Shown: one piece after another, positions 43,182 through 51,996 of the stretch
How the letters are laid out: every line of letters begins with the position of its first letter
Position numbering within the stretch: the stretch's first letter is position 1
Source of the DNA: Desulfarculia bacterium
GTDB taxonomy: Bacteria > Desulfobacterota > Desulfarculia > Adiutricales > JAGVGV01
Length of the DNA: 64,000 nt
Direction of reading: 5' to 3'
Assembly: GCA_963662445.1 (NCBI GenBank)
Contig: OY759590.1
Span: 2,975,335 to 3,039,334 of the forward strand
Position numbers and translations under genes: made by a program
Notes under the pieces: model-generated
Seen by the model: only the letters and a program-made list of their open reading frames with translations
What the model was told of the DNA's origin: nothing
Database searches by the model: none

Positions 43182-44096
43182 TCAACTCCGGTTTCGGCGC
43201 GGCAGCGGCCAGCAGAGTTGCAGGCCCTCGGTCACGCCGACTGGGGCATAACCAAGGTCTTGCAAGGCTTCCGAGTTATCCAGGTCGGCGTCCTGATCGA
43301 CCCGGCCGACGGCGTATCTGGTCAGGGGTGGATGGGGCATGGTCTTTTCCATCAGGGCGGCCAGCAGATAGCAGAGAGGCAAGGGCAGGTGGATGATGGG
43401 TTTGCGGATTCCCTGATGCCTGAGCATGAGCCGGGCCAGGTCCCGCATGGTGATGACTTCTCCGCCGCTGAAGTTGTAAGTCTTGCCGTACGACCGGGGA
43501 TTCCCGGCCACGGCCAGCAGTCCTTTGACCACATCGTCGGCCAGAACAGGGTTCTTCCGGCCGCGTCCTGAGCCGACGAACGGGACCACCGGGTATTTCT
43601 TCAGGTAATCCATGAACATCATGAATTCCTGACCGCCGTCTTTTTCATAGACCAGCGTCGGCCGGATAATGGTGTAGTGCATGGCGGACTGGGCCTTGAC
43701 CATCTTTTCGCCTTCGGCTTTGGAAGCGGCATAATCGGAAGCGGCCGGGTCGATGACCGAGGCTGACGAGACGTAGATGAAATGTTCCACTCCGGCCCTG
43801 ACCGCCCCGTCGAGCATGTTGCGCACCCCGCCCACGTTGATGCGTTCGAAAATCTTCGGATCATGGGCGATGATGACCGCGGCCAGGTGATAGACTGTGG
43901 TCACGCCGTCGAAGAGGCCGCCAAGCGTCCCTTCGTTTGCCACATCGCCGTAAACTATTTCGCAACCGGTCCCGTCAAGACGGGAGACATAAGGATCACC
44001 GGGCAGGGTAAGGACGCGGACCTTGTGTCCGGCCCCGGCCAGGCCCCTGACCAGACGAGCGCCCATGACGCCCGCGCCGCCGGTAACCAGTATCAT
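43182..44096 (-). CDS. NAD-dependent epimerase/dehydratase (extended SDR)
   Basis: The sequence MILVTGGAGVMGARLVRGL, then YxxxK (YAASKAEGEK). Overlaps the upstream GT2 gene by 4 nt. Confidence 0.85.
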   Translation of the reverse strand: MILVTGGAGVMGARLVRGLAGAGHKVRVLTLPGDPYVSRLDGTGCEIVYGDVANEGTLGGLFDGVTTVYHLAAVIIAHDPKIFERINVGGVRNMLDGAVRAGVEHFIYVSSASVIDPAASDYAASKAEGEKMVKAQSAMHYTIIRPTLVYEKDGGQEFMMFMDYLKKYPVVPFVGSGRGRKNPVLADDVVKGLLAVAGNPRSYGKTYNFSGGEVITMRDLARLMLRHQGIRKPIIHLPLPLCYLLAALMEKTMPHPPLTRYAVGRVDQDADLDNSEALQDLGYAPVGVTEGLQLCWPLPRRNRS

Positions 44097-44854
44097 GCTT
44101 TATCCCCTGTCCGTCCGGAAAGGCCGAGCAGCCGGTGGTAATGGCCCCGTCGGTATTTCCAGACCACGGCGAGCACATCGAAGCCGTATTTGATCGGGTT
44201 GAGGTGAGAGACTTCGCCGGCATAGATGGTCGGTATGGGGATTTCCATTATCTTCAGGCCCAGGACGTGGGCGGCAACGATCATTTCCAGGTCGAAGTCG
44301 AATGATTCGCTGAGCCGGTCAAAGGGAATGCTCAGCAGGGCCCGCCGGGAATAGAGCATGTATCCGCTGTGGTATTCGGCCAGTTTCAGGCCGAAGCCCA
44401 GGTTTTCCACGGTCGTCAGAGCCTTGTTGGCCACGAACTTGTAAAACGGCATGCCGCCCTTGAGGGCTCCGCCTCCGAGCATGCGCGACCCCTGAACCAG
44501 GTCGGCTTCCCCCCGGTCGAATGGGGCCAGCAGTTCGGGGATTTTTTCCGGCGAATACTGACCGTCCGCGTGCAGCAGGATGGCCACATCGGCTTCCGTG
44601 GCCACGGCCCTGGAGAGCAGGGTCTTTTCCGCCGCGCCGTACCCCCTGTTGACAGGATGTTTGATGATTTCCAGTTGGGGAAAGGATTTTTGCAGGCGGA
44701 GCAAGGCTTCGGCCGTATCGTCGGCGCTGCCGTCATCCACCACGATGTAGCGGGTGATGCGCCGTCTGGCCTCGTCCGGAATCCGCTCAAAGACGCGCTC
44801 CACGGTGCGTCCGGCATTGTAAGCGGGCATTATTATCTGGACGTTTTTTACCAT
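44093..44854 (-). CDS. Family 2 glycosyltransferase, polyprenyl-phosphate sugar synthase type (ArnC/DPM1/GtrB-like)
   Basis: Contains IIMPAYNAGRTVERVF...IVVDDGSADDT...HPVNRGYGAA...LHADGQYSPE. I chose ATG 44854, 21 nt after the upstream stop. Confidence 0.8.
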   Translation of the reverse strand: MVKNVQIIMPAYNAGRTVERVFERIPDEARRRITRYIVVDDGSADDTAEALLRLQKSFPQLEIIKHPVNRGYGAAEKTLLSRAVATEADVAILLHADGQYSPEKIPELLAPFDRGEADLVQGSRMLGGGALKGGMPFYKFVANKALTTVENLGFGLKLAEYHSGYMLYSRRALLSIPFDRLSESFDFDLEMIVAAHVLGLKIMEIPIPTIYAGEVSHLNPIKYGFDVLAVVWKYRRGHYHRLLGLSGRTGDKA

Positions 44855-44874
44855 TCGGCCAACTGGGGGTCTGC

Positions 44875-45972
44875 TCAGACCTTGTTTCCCTGGGATTGCC
44901 GCCATTCCAGGACGGCCGTTTCGTATTCTTCCAGATAGTATTTCATGCTGACTTCCAGCATATCCGGCAGAGACCAACAGGGTTCCCAGCCCAGCAGAGT
45001 GCGGGCCTTGGTTATATCGGGAATGCGGCGGTCCGAATCTTCGTAGCCTTCACCGTAGAATTCTTCGGCCGTAACCGGCACGATTTCGGGCAGCGGCGCA
45101 CCCGGCCGGAATTTTTCGGCGTAGATGGTTCGCATCATCTCGGCCAGTTCCCGGATACTGATTTCATTTTCCGGTGAGCCGATGTTGAATATCTGGCGGT
45201 CGCAGACTCCGCCCCGATTCAAAACAATGCGGTAGACGCAGTCTATGGCGTCTTCGATATAGGTGTAACAGCGCCGGTTGCTGCCGCCGTTGACCAGTTC
45301 CATGCGGGTGCCCTTGATGAGGGCTTCCATGAAATAGGAAAAGACGCGTGGAACGCCGTCGGTGTCGCTGGGCAGATAGTCTATTTTGGGGCCGATGTTG
45401 TTGAAGGGGCGGATGATGGTGTAGTTGAGGCGGCCCTCCAGGCCGTAAGCGTGAAGGACCCGCTCCAGCAGTTGCTTGGCGCAGGCGTAGATCCACCGGT
45501 GCTTGTTGACCGGGCCGAGGATGAAATCGGTCCGGTCCTCCGAAAAGGTGGCCAGAGCCGGGTCGGCCGGGTCGATGACCTTGTCCGGCAAGGCATTGCC
45601 GGCGGTTTTGCCATAGACTTCGCTGGAAGAAAACTGGATCAGGCGCTTTCCGTATTTTACGCAGTTTTCGGCGATTTTAAGATTCTGGTTGAAATTGAGA
45701 TAGAACACATCCAGGGGCTTACGGACGTACATGCCGGGATTGCTGTAAGCTATCATATCGACGACCAGATCAGCATCCTTGACCAGGCTTGACATTTCGA
45801 CATCCGGCCGTGTGATGTCCTGTTTGATAAAGGTAAAATTACCGTCGTCCTGGAACTCGGTTATCTTGTCGGTGTGAGTGTCAACCCCGACCACGGTGTG
45901 GCCTTCGGCGAGCAATCGCTGAGTCAGATGTGCGCCGATGAATCCTCCGGCGCCGAGATTGAGAATGTGCAA
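44875..45972 (-). CDS. UDP-glucuronate decarboxylating dehydrogenase, ArnA C-terminal-domain-like (UDP-4-keto-pentose / UDP-xylose synthase family)
   Basis: Aligns along its length with the E. coli ArnA dehydrogenase domain as I recall it: ILNLGAGGFIGAHLTQRLL, SSSEVYG, GPVNKHRWIYACAKQLLERV, IIRPFNNIGP, NGGSNRRCYTYIEDAI, IFNIGSPENE, GWEP. Confidence 0.85.
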   Translation of the reverse strand: MHILNLGAGGFIGAHLTQRLLAEGHTVVGVDTHTDKITEFQDDGNFTFIKQDITRPDVEMSSLVKDADLVVDMIAYSNPGMYVRKPLDVFYLNFNQNLKIAENCVKYGKRLIQFSSSEVYGKTAGNALPDKVIDPADPALATFSEDRTDFILGPVNKHRWIYACAKQLLERVLHAYGLEGRLNYTIIRPFNNIGPKIDYLPSDTDGVPRVFSYFMEALIKGTRMELVNGGSNRRCYTYIEDAIDCVYRIVLNRGGVCDRQIFNIGSPENEISIRELAEMMRTIYAEKFRPGAPLPEIVPVTAEEFYGEGYEDSDRRIPDITKARTLLGWEPCWSLPDMLEVSMKYYLEEYETAVLEWRQSQGNKV

Positions 45973-46334
45973 GTTTTAACCCCTTTCCAAAGGCCTTGGA
46001 AGTCATGGAAAAAGCACGGAGCATATCTGCCTTTGCTCGTGTGCGGAGTCATCTTAAAATCAGGCTTACAGTTGTTCTGAATATCAGCCTAAATCCGCTG
46101 GACATAGGCCACATGCGGAGTTGGCCGCAACCTCAACTGTTCCACGTTTTTTTACCGGCCTGTACCGCAATTGTTGCAAATGAGGAATAAGTCGTCATGA
46201 TAATAAGATTAACACCTGAAATATGTCAAGCTGGCAGACGTGAGGGGAAAAGACCATTTCGTAAAAGCAGGTAAATACGAAAGCAAGATGCGGCTTGACT
46301 CATCGTGCCTTTATTTGTTAAAGCCCGAATGACA

Positions 46335-46505
46335 ACTTGTTTCGGATTCGGACGTTATCGGAACGCGGTGCAAATCCGCGGCGGATTCGCCGCTGTAACC
46401 GGAGACGAACCCTGGTGAACCACTTTCCGGCTTTTCAGCCGGATGGGAAGGGCAGGGGGAGGAAGACCCGGAAGCCAGAAGACGGACGTCGGAATCCGGA
46501 GGAAT
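46335..46505 (+). promoter_or_regulatory. Cobalamin (AdoCbl-type) riboswitch aptamer
   Basis: Conserved core GGTGCAAATCCGCGGCGG...CGCCGCTGTAACCGG, plus CCACT...GGGAAGG. The B12-box-like sequence is AGCCAGAAGACGGAC. The closing helix CGGATTCGGACGT (46343-46355) / ACGTCGGAATCCG (46486-46498) has 12 of 13 pairs. Confidence 0.85.
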
Positions 46506-46522
46506 ACTGATGGCAAAAGTTA

Positions 46523-46556
46523 CCTCCGTCCCGTTTTGGGGCGGAGGTTTTTTTTT
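46523..46556 (+). terminator. Riboswitch expression-platform terminator
   Basis: CCTCCGTCCC-gtttt-GGGGCGGAGG (10 bp with one G-U pair) is followed by nine T residues. It lies 25 nt before the GGGAG RBS of the ADH gene. Confidence 0.85.
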
Positions 46557-46581
46557 GAACATACACCTTTGGGAGTGCGTC

Positions 46582-47553
46582 ATGAACATGAAGTGCATAC
46601 AGGTGAGGGAAGTGGGTTCCTTCGTCATGACTGAAACGCCGGTTCCGGAACCCGGTCTTGAGGAAGTCCTGGTCAAGGTCGAAGTCGCCGGTCTCTGCCG
46701 CACGGATCTTAAGCTCATCAGGGTCGGCCACCGCGACCTGACGCTGCCTCGAATACCAGCAGAGGAAGTGGTCGGGCAAATCTGGCGGGTCGGCGAATCG
46801 GTCACGGAGTTCGAGCCGGGAGAAAGGGTGTACATCTATCCCGGCGTCTGGTGCGGAGAATGCCCGGCCTGCCGGTCGGGAGCCGACAACCTGTGCCGCA
46901 ACATGCTCATAATGGGCTTCCACCGCGACGGGGGATTCGCCGAATACGTCAAAGCGCCGGCCAGGAGCCTTATCAAGGTGCCGGAAGGGCTGGCCCCGGA
47001 ACAGGCGGTCTTCGCCGAACCCCTGTCCTGTTGTCTCAACGCTCTTGAACTGGGCAGGGTGGCCGAGGGTGAGGAAGTCGGCATCTGGGGCGCCGGACCG
47101 GCCGGAACACTTCTGGCCAGAGCCGCCCGGGCCATGGGCGCGGCAACAATGAATATGGAGCCGGACAGGGTTCGGCGTGAAGCCATCGGGGGGCTTGAAG
47201 TGAATAACGGAAAGCTCTTCGATGTGTGCGTGGTAGCTGTCGGCTCGCGGGAAGCTTACCTGGCCGCCCTGACGGCGCTCAAACCTCGCGGACGCCTGGT
47301 TGTCTTTTCCGGCCTGCCCTTGGATAACGCCTCTTTTCCCGTGGAATTCAACCATCTTCACTACCATGAGCAGACCCTGGTCGGGGCGTATGGGTGTTCC
47401 TACCGGCACGGCAGGCAGGCTTTGGAATGGCTTGCCGACGGCCGGGTGGAGGTTTGCGACCTGGTTTCGCACCGCCTGCCGCTCAGGGAACTGGGCCGGG
47501 CTCTTGAACTGGTGGAAAAACGCAACTGTATGAAGATACTTCTTTATCCATAG
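46582..47553 (+). CDS. Zinc-dependent medium-chain dehydrogenase (threonine/sorbitol dehydrogenase-like)
   Basis: Contains VKVEVAGLCRTDLKLIRVGH (catalytic Zn Cys/His), GVWCGECPACRSGADNLC (structural Zn CxxCxxCx7C) and GAGPAGTLLARAAR (Rossmann). The ATG at 46582 follows the terminator. The ORF-track start at 46510 would lie inside the riboswitch. Confidence 0.85.
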   Translation: MNMKCIQVREVGSFVMTETPVPEPGLEEVLVKVEVAGLCRTDLKLIRVGHRDLTLPRIPAEEVVGQIWRVGESVTEFEPGERVYIYPGVWCGECPACRSGADNLCRNMLIMGFHRDGGFAEYVKAPARSLIKVPEGLAPEQAVFAEPLSCCLNALELGRVAEGEEVGIWGAGPAGTLLARAARAMGAATMNMEPDRVRREAIGGLEVNNGKLFDVCVVAVGSREAYLAALTALKPRGRLVVFSGLPLDNASFPVEFNHLHYHEQTLVGAYGCSYRHGRQALEWLADGRVEVCDLVSHRLPLRELGRALELVEKRNCMKILLYP

Positions 47554-47564
47554 TTTTGAAAGGA

Positions 47565-48719
47565 ATGATGATGAACTGGACCAATGAGACTCTGCGTGAT
47601 TTCGGCTGGAACATTCAAAGAATCCTGGAAGGAAAGGATCTGAGCAGGTCCGAAAGCTACGAGATGTTCCGGCAGGTCCTGGGCAACCGCCAGCCCGATC
47701 TGCAACAGGGAGCATTTCTGGCCGCTCTGGCCGCCAAACCGGAAACCCCGCAGGAGATAGCCGGGGCCTGGGAGGCCATTCTCGAACTGGACACCAACCG
47801 GGTCGCAAGTAAAACCGGCGGACCGGTGGTTGAGAATTCCGGGACGGGTATGGACAAACTGAAGACTTTCAATGTCAGCTCCGCTGCGGCCGTGGTGGCC
47901 GCGTCCGGCGGAGTGGTCATGGCCCGGCACGGTTCCCGCGCCCTGACTTCCACCTGCGGCACGGTGGATTTGCTGGAAGAAGCCGGGATCGACGTGGAGG
48001 CGGACGTGGATACTGTCAGCGAAAGTCTGGTTCATACTGGTATCGGCTTGTTCAACGGCATGAGTTCCAAGGTTCATCCTCAGGCCCTCGGGCGCATACT
48101 CAGCCAGATCCGGTTCGGCTCCATTCTGAACATAGCGGCGTCCCTGGCCAGTCCCTGCCGGGCCACCCATGCCTTGCGCGGAGTCCATTCGCCGGCGGCC
48201 GTGAAAAAGGTCGCTGAAGTCATGAGCGAGATCGGGTTTCAGAAGGCCATGATCGTCCATGGGTTTGATAGAGAGAAAGAGAAGGGGATGGATGAAATCT
48301 CCATTCTCGGGGAAACCATGGTCCGTGAAGTTGCCGACGGAAAACCAGCCGGAGATTATTCATTTTTCCCCGAAGATATCGGCCTGGAACGTGTTTCTTA
48401 CGAGGACATCGCCACTTCCGGAGACGTCAGGAAAGAAGCGGTTCGTTTTTTACAGGTTATCGCCGGTACAGGTTCCAAGGCCTGCCGGGATTTTACCTGT
48501 CTCAATGCGGGGGCCGTTTTCTATCTGACCGGCAAGGCCGAGGACCTGAAGCAGGGACTGGAGAAATCCCGCGAATTGATTGAATCGGGGTTGGCCTTGA
48601 AAAAGATGGTCCAGTGGGTCCGGACACAGGCTGATGAAGAACGGAACGGTCTTTTGCGTTTCCTTGGTTTGGCCGAGAGAGCCGGGCTGAAAAAGGAAGT
48701 TGCCGAGGCCCTGGCTTGA
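47565..48719 (+). CDS. Glycosyl transferase family 3 / anthranilate phosphoribosyltransferase (TrpD)-like protein, divergent
   Basis: Contains LQQGAFLAALAAKPETPQEIAGAW, NSGTGMDKLKTFNVSSAAAVVAASGGVVMARHGSRALTSTCGTVDLLE (compare TrpD GTGGD..TFNIST..A.V.A..G..V.KHGNR..SS..GSAD.LE) and IRFGSILNIAASLASP. The start is one of ATG 47565, 47568 or 47571. No other trp genes are nearby. Confidence 0.7.
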   Translation: MMMNWTNETLRDFGWNIQRILEGKDLSRSESYEMFRQVLGNRQPDLQQGAFLAALAAKPETPQEIAGAWEAILELDTNRVASKTGGPVVENSGTGMDKLKTFNVSSAAAVVAASGGVVMARHGSRALTSTCGTVDLLEEAGIDVEADVDTVSESLVHTGIGLFNGMSSKVHPQALGRILSQIRFGSILNIAASLASPCRATHALRGVHSPAAVKKVAEVMSEIGFQKAMIVHGFDREKEKGMDEISILGETMVREVADGKPAGDYSFFPEDIGLERVSYEDIATSGDVRKEAVRFLQVIAGTGSKACRDFTCLNAGAVFYLTGKAEDLKQGLEKSRELIESGLALKKMVQWVRTQADEERNGLLRFLGLAERAGLKKEVAEALA

Positions 48720-48834
48720 TCTGCCGTCTCTGAAAAGCGTCCGTGCGGCGGCTTGTTTGTTGGAAACCGGCCGCCGTAATTGTTTTATGGCGGAGAAATT
48801 TGTATGATGCTTCAATCAAAAGGGGGAACAACAA

Positions 48835-50172
48835 GTGACGCCCGGACGCCTGCGGATTCAGACGATAATTCTGGTTCTTCTATTCTGTTCCGTGGCCGGG
48901 GCTTTCGACCTGCCGCACGAACGCCCCGAGACCGGCGGGCCTGTCTTCGACTACGCCGGAATCATCACCGGCCAGTCCGCCCTGGAAGCACACCTGAACA
49001 CCCTTTTGATTACAGCCGATATTGAAATGCTGGTAGTCACCCTGCCGTCACTGGACGGCCGCGAGATGAATTCCGTGTCGGCCGGTCTCATGACGGATTG
49101 GCGGGTGGGAGGACGGACCAAGGGGCTGCGGGGCATACTTTTTCTCTTGGCTGTGAAGGAAAAGACCCTCCGGCTGGAAGTCGGTTACGACCTTGAGTGG
49201 ATGTTTCCCGACGGCTTTGTCGGTTATCTCGAACAGGACCAGATGACCCCGTTTTTCGAACTGGGCCGGATAAGCGACGGACTGGCCGCCGGAGTGGAAA
49301 TGGTCATTGCCAGGGCTTACGAACAGCTTGAGGAACACGGCACGAGCCTTCAGACGGACGGCGGGACCTATTCCGGCGGGGCCGGGGCCGGGCGCAAGGT
49401 GGACATCGGTTCCATCCGGGTGCCGGAGATCATCCCGTATTCCGGAGAAGTAAAGGAATACCTTTCGGCTCAGCCGACTCCGGCCCTGGCCGTCTTGAGA
49501 AACATAGAAAAGAACCGGCGGCACATCAAAGGCGCTGATTTTGATCTGTACACCGACGAAACACGGATAGTCAGCCGGGACTGGCCCTTCACTCCGGCCC
49601 AGATGGACAATGAAGTGAAAGCCTTGTTCGGAAAGGATTTCCGCATATACGGTCAGGGCGATTTGGCCGTGGCCGTGTTTCCGCCCCGCGACCGGCAGGC
49701 GGCCCCGTATTTGCTTTCCCGTTCAGCCAAAGGCTGGCAGATCGATCTGGCCTCCATGCGCCGCTTCATACGCTTCGACATGCGCAACCGTTTTCATGTC
49801 TATTTCAAAGACAATCCATATCTGCCCCTTTTTCTGCGAAACTACGCCTTTGACCAGTTCGGTTATCTGTATGAAAAAGGGCAGGAGCCGCCATACACCG
49901 GCCTTGGCCGGTGGGAGGAGGACAAGGGCGGGATAATAATCAAAAAGGTGATTCCGGGCGGACCGGCGGATAAGGCCGGGTTGCGGACCGGAGACCTTAT
50001 CTTGCGGGTGGATGGCGCAACGACTTCCAACAACGCGGAATTTTACAGGGCTCTGCGGAAATGCGGAGCGGGGCGGACCGCCCTGCTGGAAATCAAAGGC
50101 TTTATCCGGAACAAAACAGTTCCGGTAAAATTGGAAGTCTTCGATGCCGCCGGCTTCAGCCAGCAGGAATAA
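48835..50172 (+). CDS. Secreted TPM-domain protein with C-terminal PDZ domain
   Basis: Signal peptide (IILVLLFCSVAGA). TPM-like VFDYAGIITGQSALEAHLNTLL...IEMLVVTLPSLDG...WRVGGRTKGLRGILFLLAVKEKTLRLEVGYDLE. PDZ: GIIIKKVIPGGPADKAGLRTGDLILRVDG. Confidence 0.65.
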   Translation: MTPGRLRIQTIILVLLFCSVAGAFDLPHERPETGGPVFDYAGIITGQSALEAHLNTLLITADIEMLVVTLPSLDGREMNSVSAGLMTDWRVGGRTKGLRGILFLLAVKEKTLRLEVGYDLEWMFPDGFVGYLEQDQMTPFFELGRISDGLAAGVEMVIARAYEQLEEHGTSLQTDGGTYSGGAGAGRKVDIGSIRVPEIIPYSGEVKEYLSAQPTPALAVLRNIEKNRRHIKGADFDLYTDETRIVSRDWPFTPAQMDNEVKALFGKDFRIYGQGDLAVAVFPPRDRQAAPYLLSRSAKGWQIDLASMRRFIRFDMRNRFHVYFKDNPYLPLFLRNYAFDQFGYLYEKGQEPPYTGLGRWEEDKGGIIIKKVIPGGPADKAGLRTGDLILRVDGATTSNNAEFYRALRKCGAGRTALLEIKGFIRNKTVPVKLEVFDAAGFSQQE

Positions 50173-50316
50173 CCGGCCTTTCTTTCCCTGGCCTTGCCGA
50201 ATGACTAAACCGGGTCAGGATATTACCGGTTCAGTTCACGGGCCTATTGACAAACTTCCGGCGAAAACGCTAAATTGCCCTCAGTTTACGGGTATTTTCG
50301 ACCCACAATCTTCTTT

Positions 50317-50985
50317 ATGTCCGACCGGGCCAGGGTGACTTGTTTGCAGACTCGCCGCCTGACACGCCTGATGCGCCTGATGGTTGAATTCGGCAGCCGC
50401 GAATTCCGGTCCGCCGAAGAGATATTTCTCGCCCTGGGCATCTCCCGTTCCCAATTCTACCGCGACAAGGAAGACCTGGAAAAGATGGGGTTCGCTTTCA
50501 CCTATCAGCGAAAGCAGGGTGTCTTCGCTGTAGAGGAAGACCCCGGTGTCAAGGTGGAAGGGTTGACTCTGAGCGAAGTTCTGGCCCTTATTCTGGCCGT
50601 GGGCCGATTGCCCGAAACCGGTGATTTTACCCTTGCTTACCGGGCCTTGAGCGGTCTGAAGAAGATAGTGGTCGACCGGCCGGGTCCGGTGGCCGAGTTC
50701 GTGGTCTCGGCCATAGAAAAGGTCGTGGCTGAAGAGTGGTACGGATGCAGTTTTGAAAGGCTGGAAACGCTGGTCCAGGCCGTGAACGAAAAAAAGCGCA
50801 TCCACCTGGTTTATGAACCGCCCGGAGAGGTGAGGGCACGGCGGCTGAATGCCGACCCCCTCGGCCTGGTCTTCCGGGGCGGCCAGCTCTTTCTGGATGT
50901 CCATCCGGAAAAGGGGAAACAGCGCCTGTTCAGGGTGTCCTACCTGCGGGAAGTGGTTATAACTCCTTTTCTCTCACCGGCCTGA
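50317..50985 (+). CDS. HTH + WYL domain transcriptional regulator
   Basis: The N-terminal wHTH is RLTRLMRLMVEFGSREFRSAEEIFLALGISRSQFYRDKEDLEKMGF. The C-terminal WYL-like beta domain is IHLVYEPPGEVRARRLNADPLGLVFRGGQLFLDVHPEKGKQRLFRVSYLREV. Confidence 0.65.
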   Translation: MSDRARVTCLQTRRLTRLMRLMVEFGSREFRSAEEIFLALGISRSQFYRDKEDLEKMGFAFTYQRKQGVFAVEEDPGVKVEGLTLSEVLALILAVGRLPETGDFTLAYRALSGLKKIVVDRPGPVAEFVVSAIEKVVAEEWYGCSFERLETLVQAVNEKKRIHLVYEPPGEVRARRLNADPLGLVFRGGQLFLDVHPEKGKQRLFRVSYLREVVITPFLSPA

Positions 50986-50993
50986 GCCCGGTT

Positions 50994-51917
50994 TCAGCCT
51001 GGCTCGCCGTCGCGCCAGAGCGCCAGGCAGCTGTTTATCGGCGCCTTGATAAACTCCTCGATGGGCCGACATTTTACCTTGAAAAGAAAGAAAACCGGAG
51101 CCTTTGTCCTTACCGGATAAATCGTTTCGAAATTGGCCATGCCTTTGGCCAGAATCAGATCAGCGCTGTCCAGAAGTTTTTTGAAATCCGTCCCCAGCAT
51201 TTCCCAGTCGAGGCCGACGCCGGGAATGCCGGTATCCGCGATATGGTCGAAACGCTTATCCAGACCGTCGGTTTCGAGATCGGCACGGGTCAGGTCGTTC
51301 AGGCTGGGAGCCCCCTTGACGGTCAGAAGCACTCGCCCGGCCCTTTCCGCGAGGTACCGGTACAGAGGCAGATCGAAGTAGGCTTCGCCTGCGTTATCGG
51401 TGAGAAAAACAATCAGTCCGGGGCGGGTCTCCAGGAAAGCGGAAAGCTTGCCCGTGTCGTCGAAATGGAAGCCTGGACCCATCCGCAGGGTTCTCTCCAG
51501 ATCGGCCAGCGCATCTTCAGGGTCATTGAAAAAATCAAGGCTGTTGCCCAGGGCTGACAGATTAAGCAGCCAACGGAGGTCATCAAAGGGGAGACGGGGT
51601 TCGAGGCGTTCCAGAATCGTCCTGGCCGCTCGCATTTCCCGCCGCTTGAAGTCCGCATAAGGGTCGGCCACGCCGGTCAGTTGAATCAGGGCGGCCATCA
51701 TCCGGTTGGCCGCAGCCGGAGAACTCAATCCCATCTCCCGGCAATCAGCCATGATTTCCAGGCTGACCGAGGCACCCGCGGCGCGTAAGCTGCTGTCGCC
51801 GCCGGAGGCCATTTCAGCGGCCTGCCTGGCCAGTTTCGTCAGGCAGTGGGTGCATTGAGCTGACCATGGCAGTGCTGACGGGGGAGGAACGGAAAGCGTC
51901 TTGTCTGGTGATGTCAT
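50994..51917 (-). CDS. DUF89 / ARMT1-like damage-control phosphatase family protein
   Basis: Contains DPYADFKRREMRAA, ALGNSLDF, VFLTDNAGEAYFDLPL and ADLILAKGMANFETI, which are typical DUF89 metal-site motifs (DN, KGxxNxE). Confidence 0.7.
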   Translation of the reverse strand: MTSPDKTLSVPPPSALPWSAQCTHCLTKLARQAAEMASGGDSSLRAAGASVSLEIMADCREMGLSSPAAANRMMAALIQLTGVADPYADFKRREMRAARTILERLEPRLPFDDLRWLLNLSALGNSLDFFNDPEDALADLERTLRMGPGFHFDDTGKLSAFLETRPGLIVFLTDNAGEAYFDLPLYRYLAERAGRVLLTVKGAPSLNDLTRADLETDGLDKRFDHIADTGIPGVGLDWEMLGTDFKKLLDSADLILAKGMANFETIYPVRTKAPVFFLFKVKCRPIEEFIKAPINSCLALWRDGEPG

Positions 51918-51996
51918 GAAAAATCCTTAATAAAACAATGAAATCTCACGCAATAGGGGCTTGAATAATCCCCTTGCATAACCTAAAATATGTCTT

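Noticed and set aside
46510-46581. Upstream start at 46510 for the Zn-dehydrogenase ORF
   Set aside because: It would place the start codon inside the riboswitch expression platform and translate through the terminator hairpin and its T9 run. ATG 46582 has a GGGAG RBS and begins the conserved MDR N-terminus.
50317-51917. WYL-domain regulator as a flag for an adjacent defence system
   Set aside because: The neighbours are a DUF89 phosphatase, a TPM-PDZ protein and an NfeD-stomatin pair. There are no nucleases, helicases, cas genes, methyltransferases, toxins or other defence-type genes nearby.
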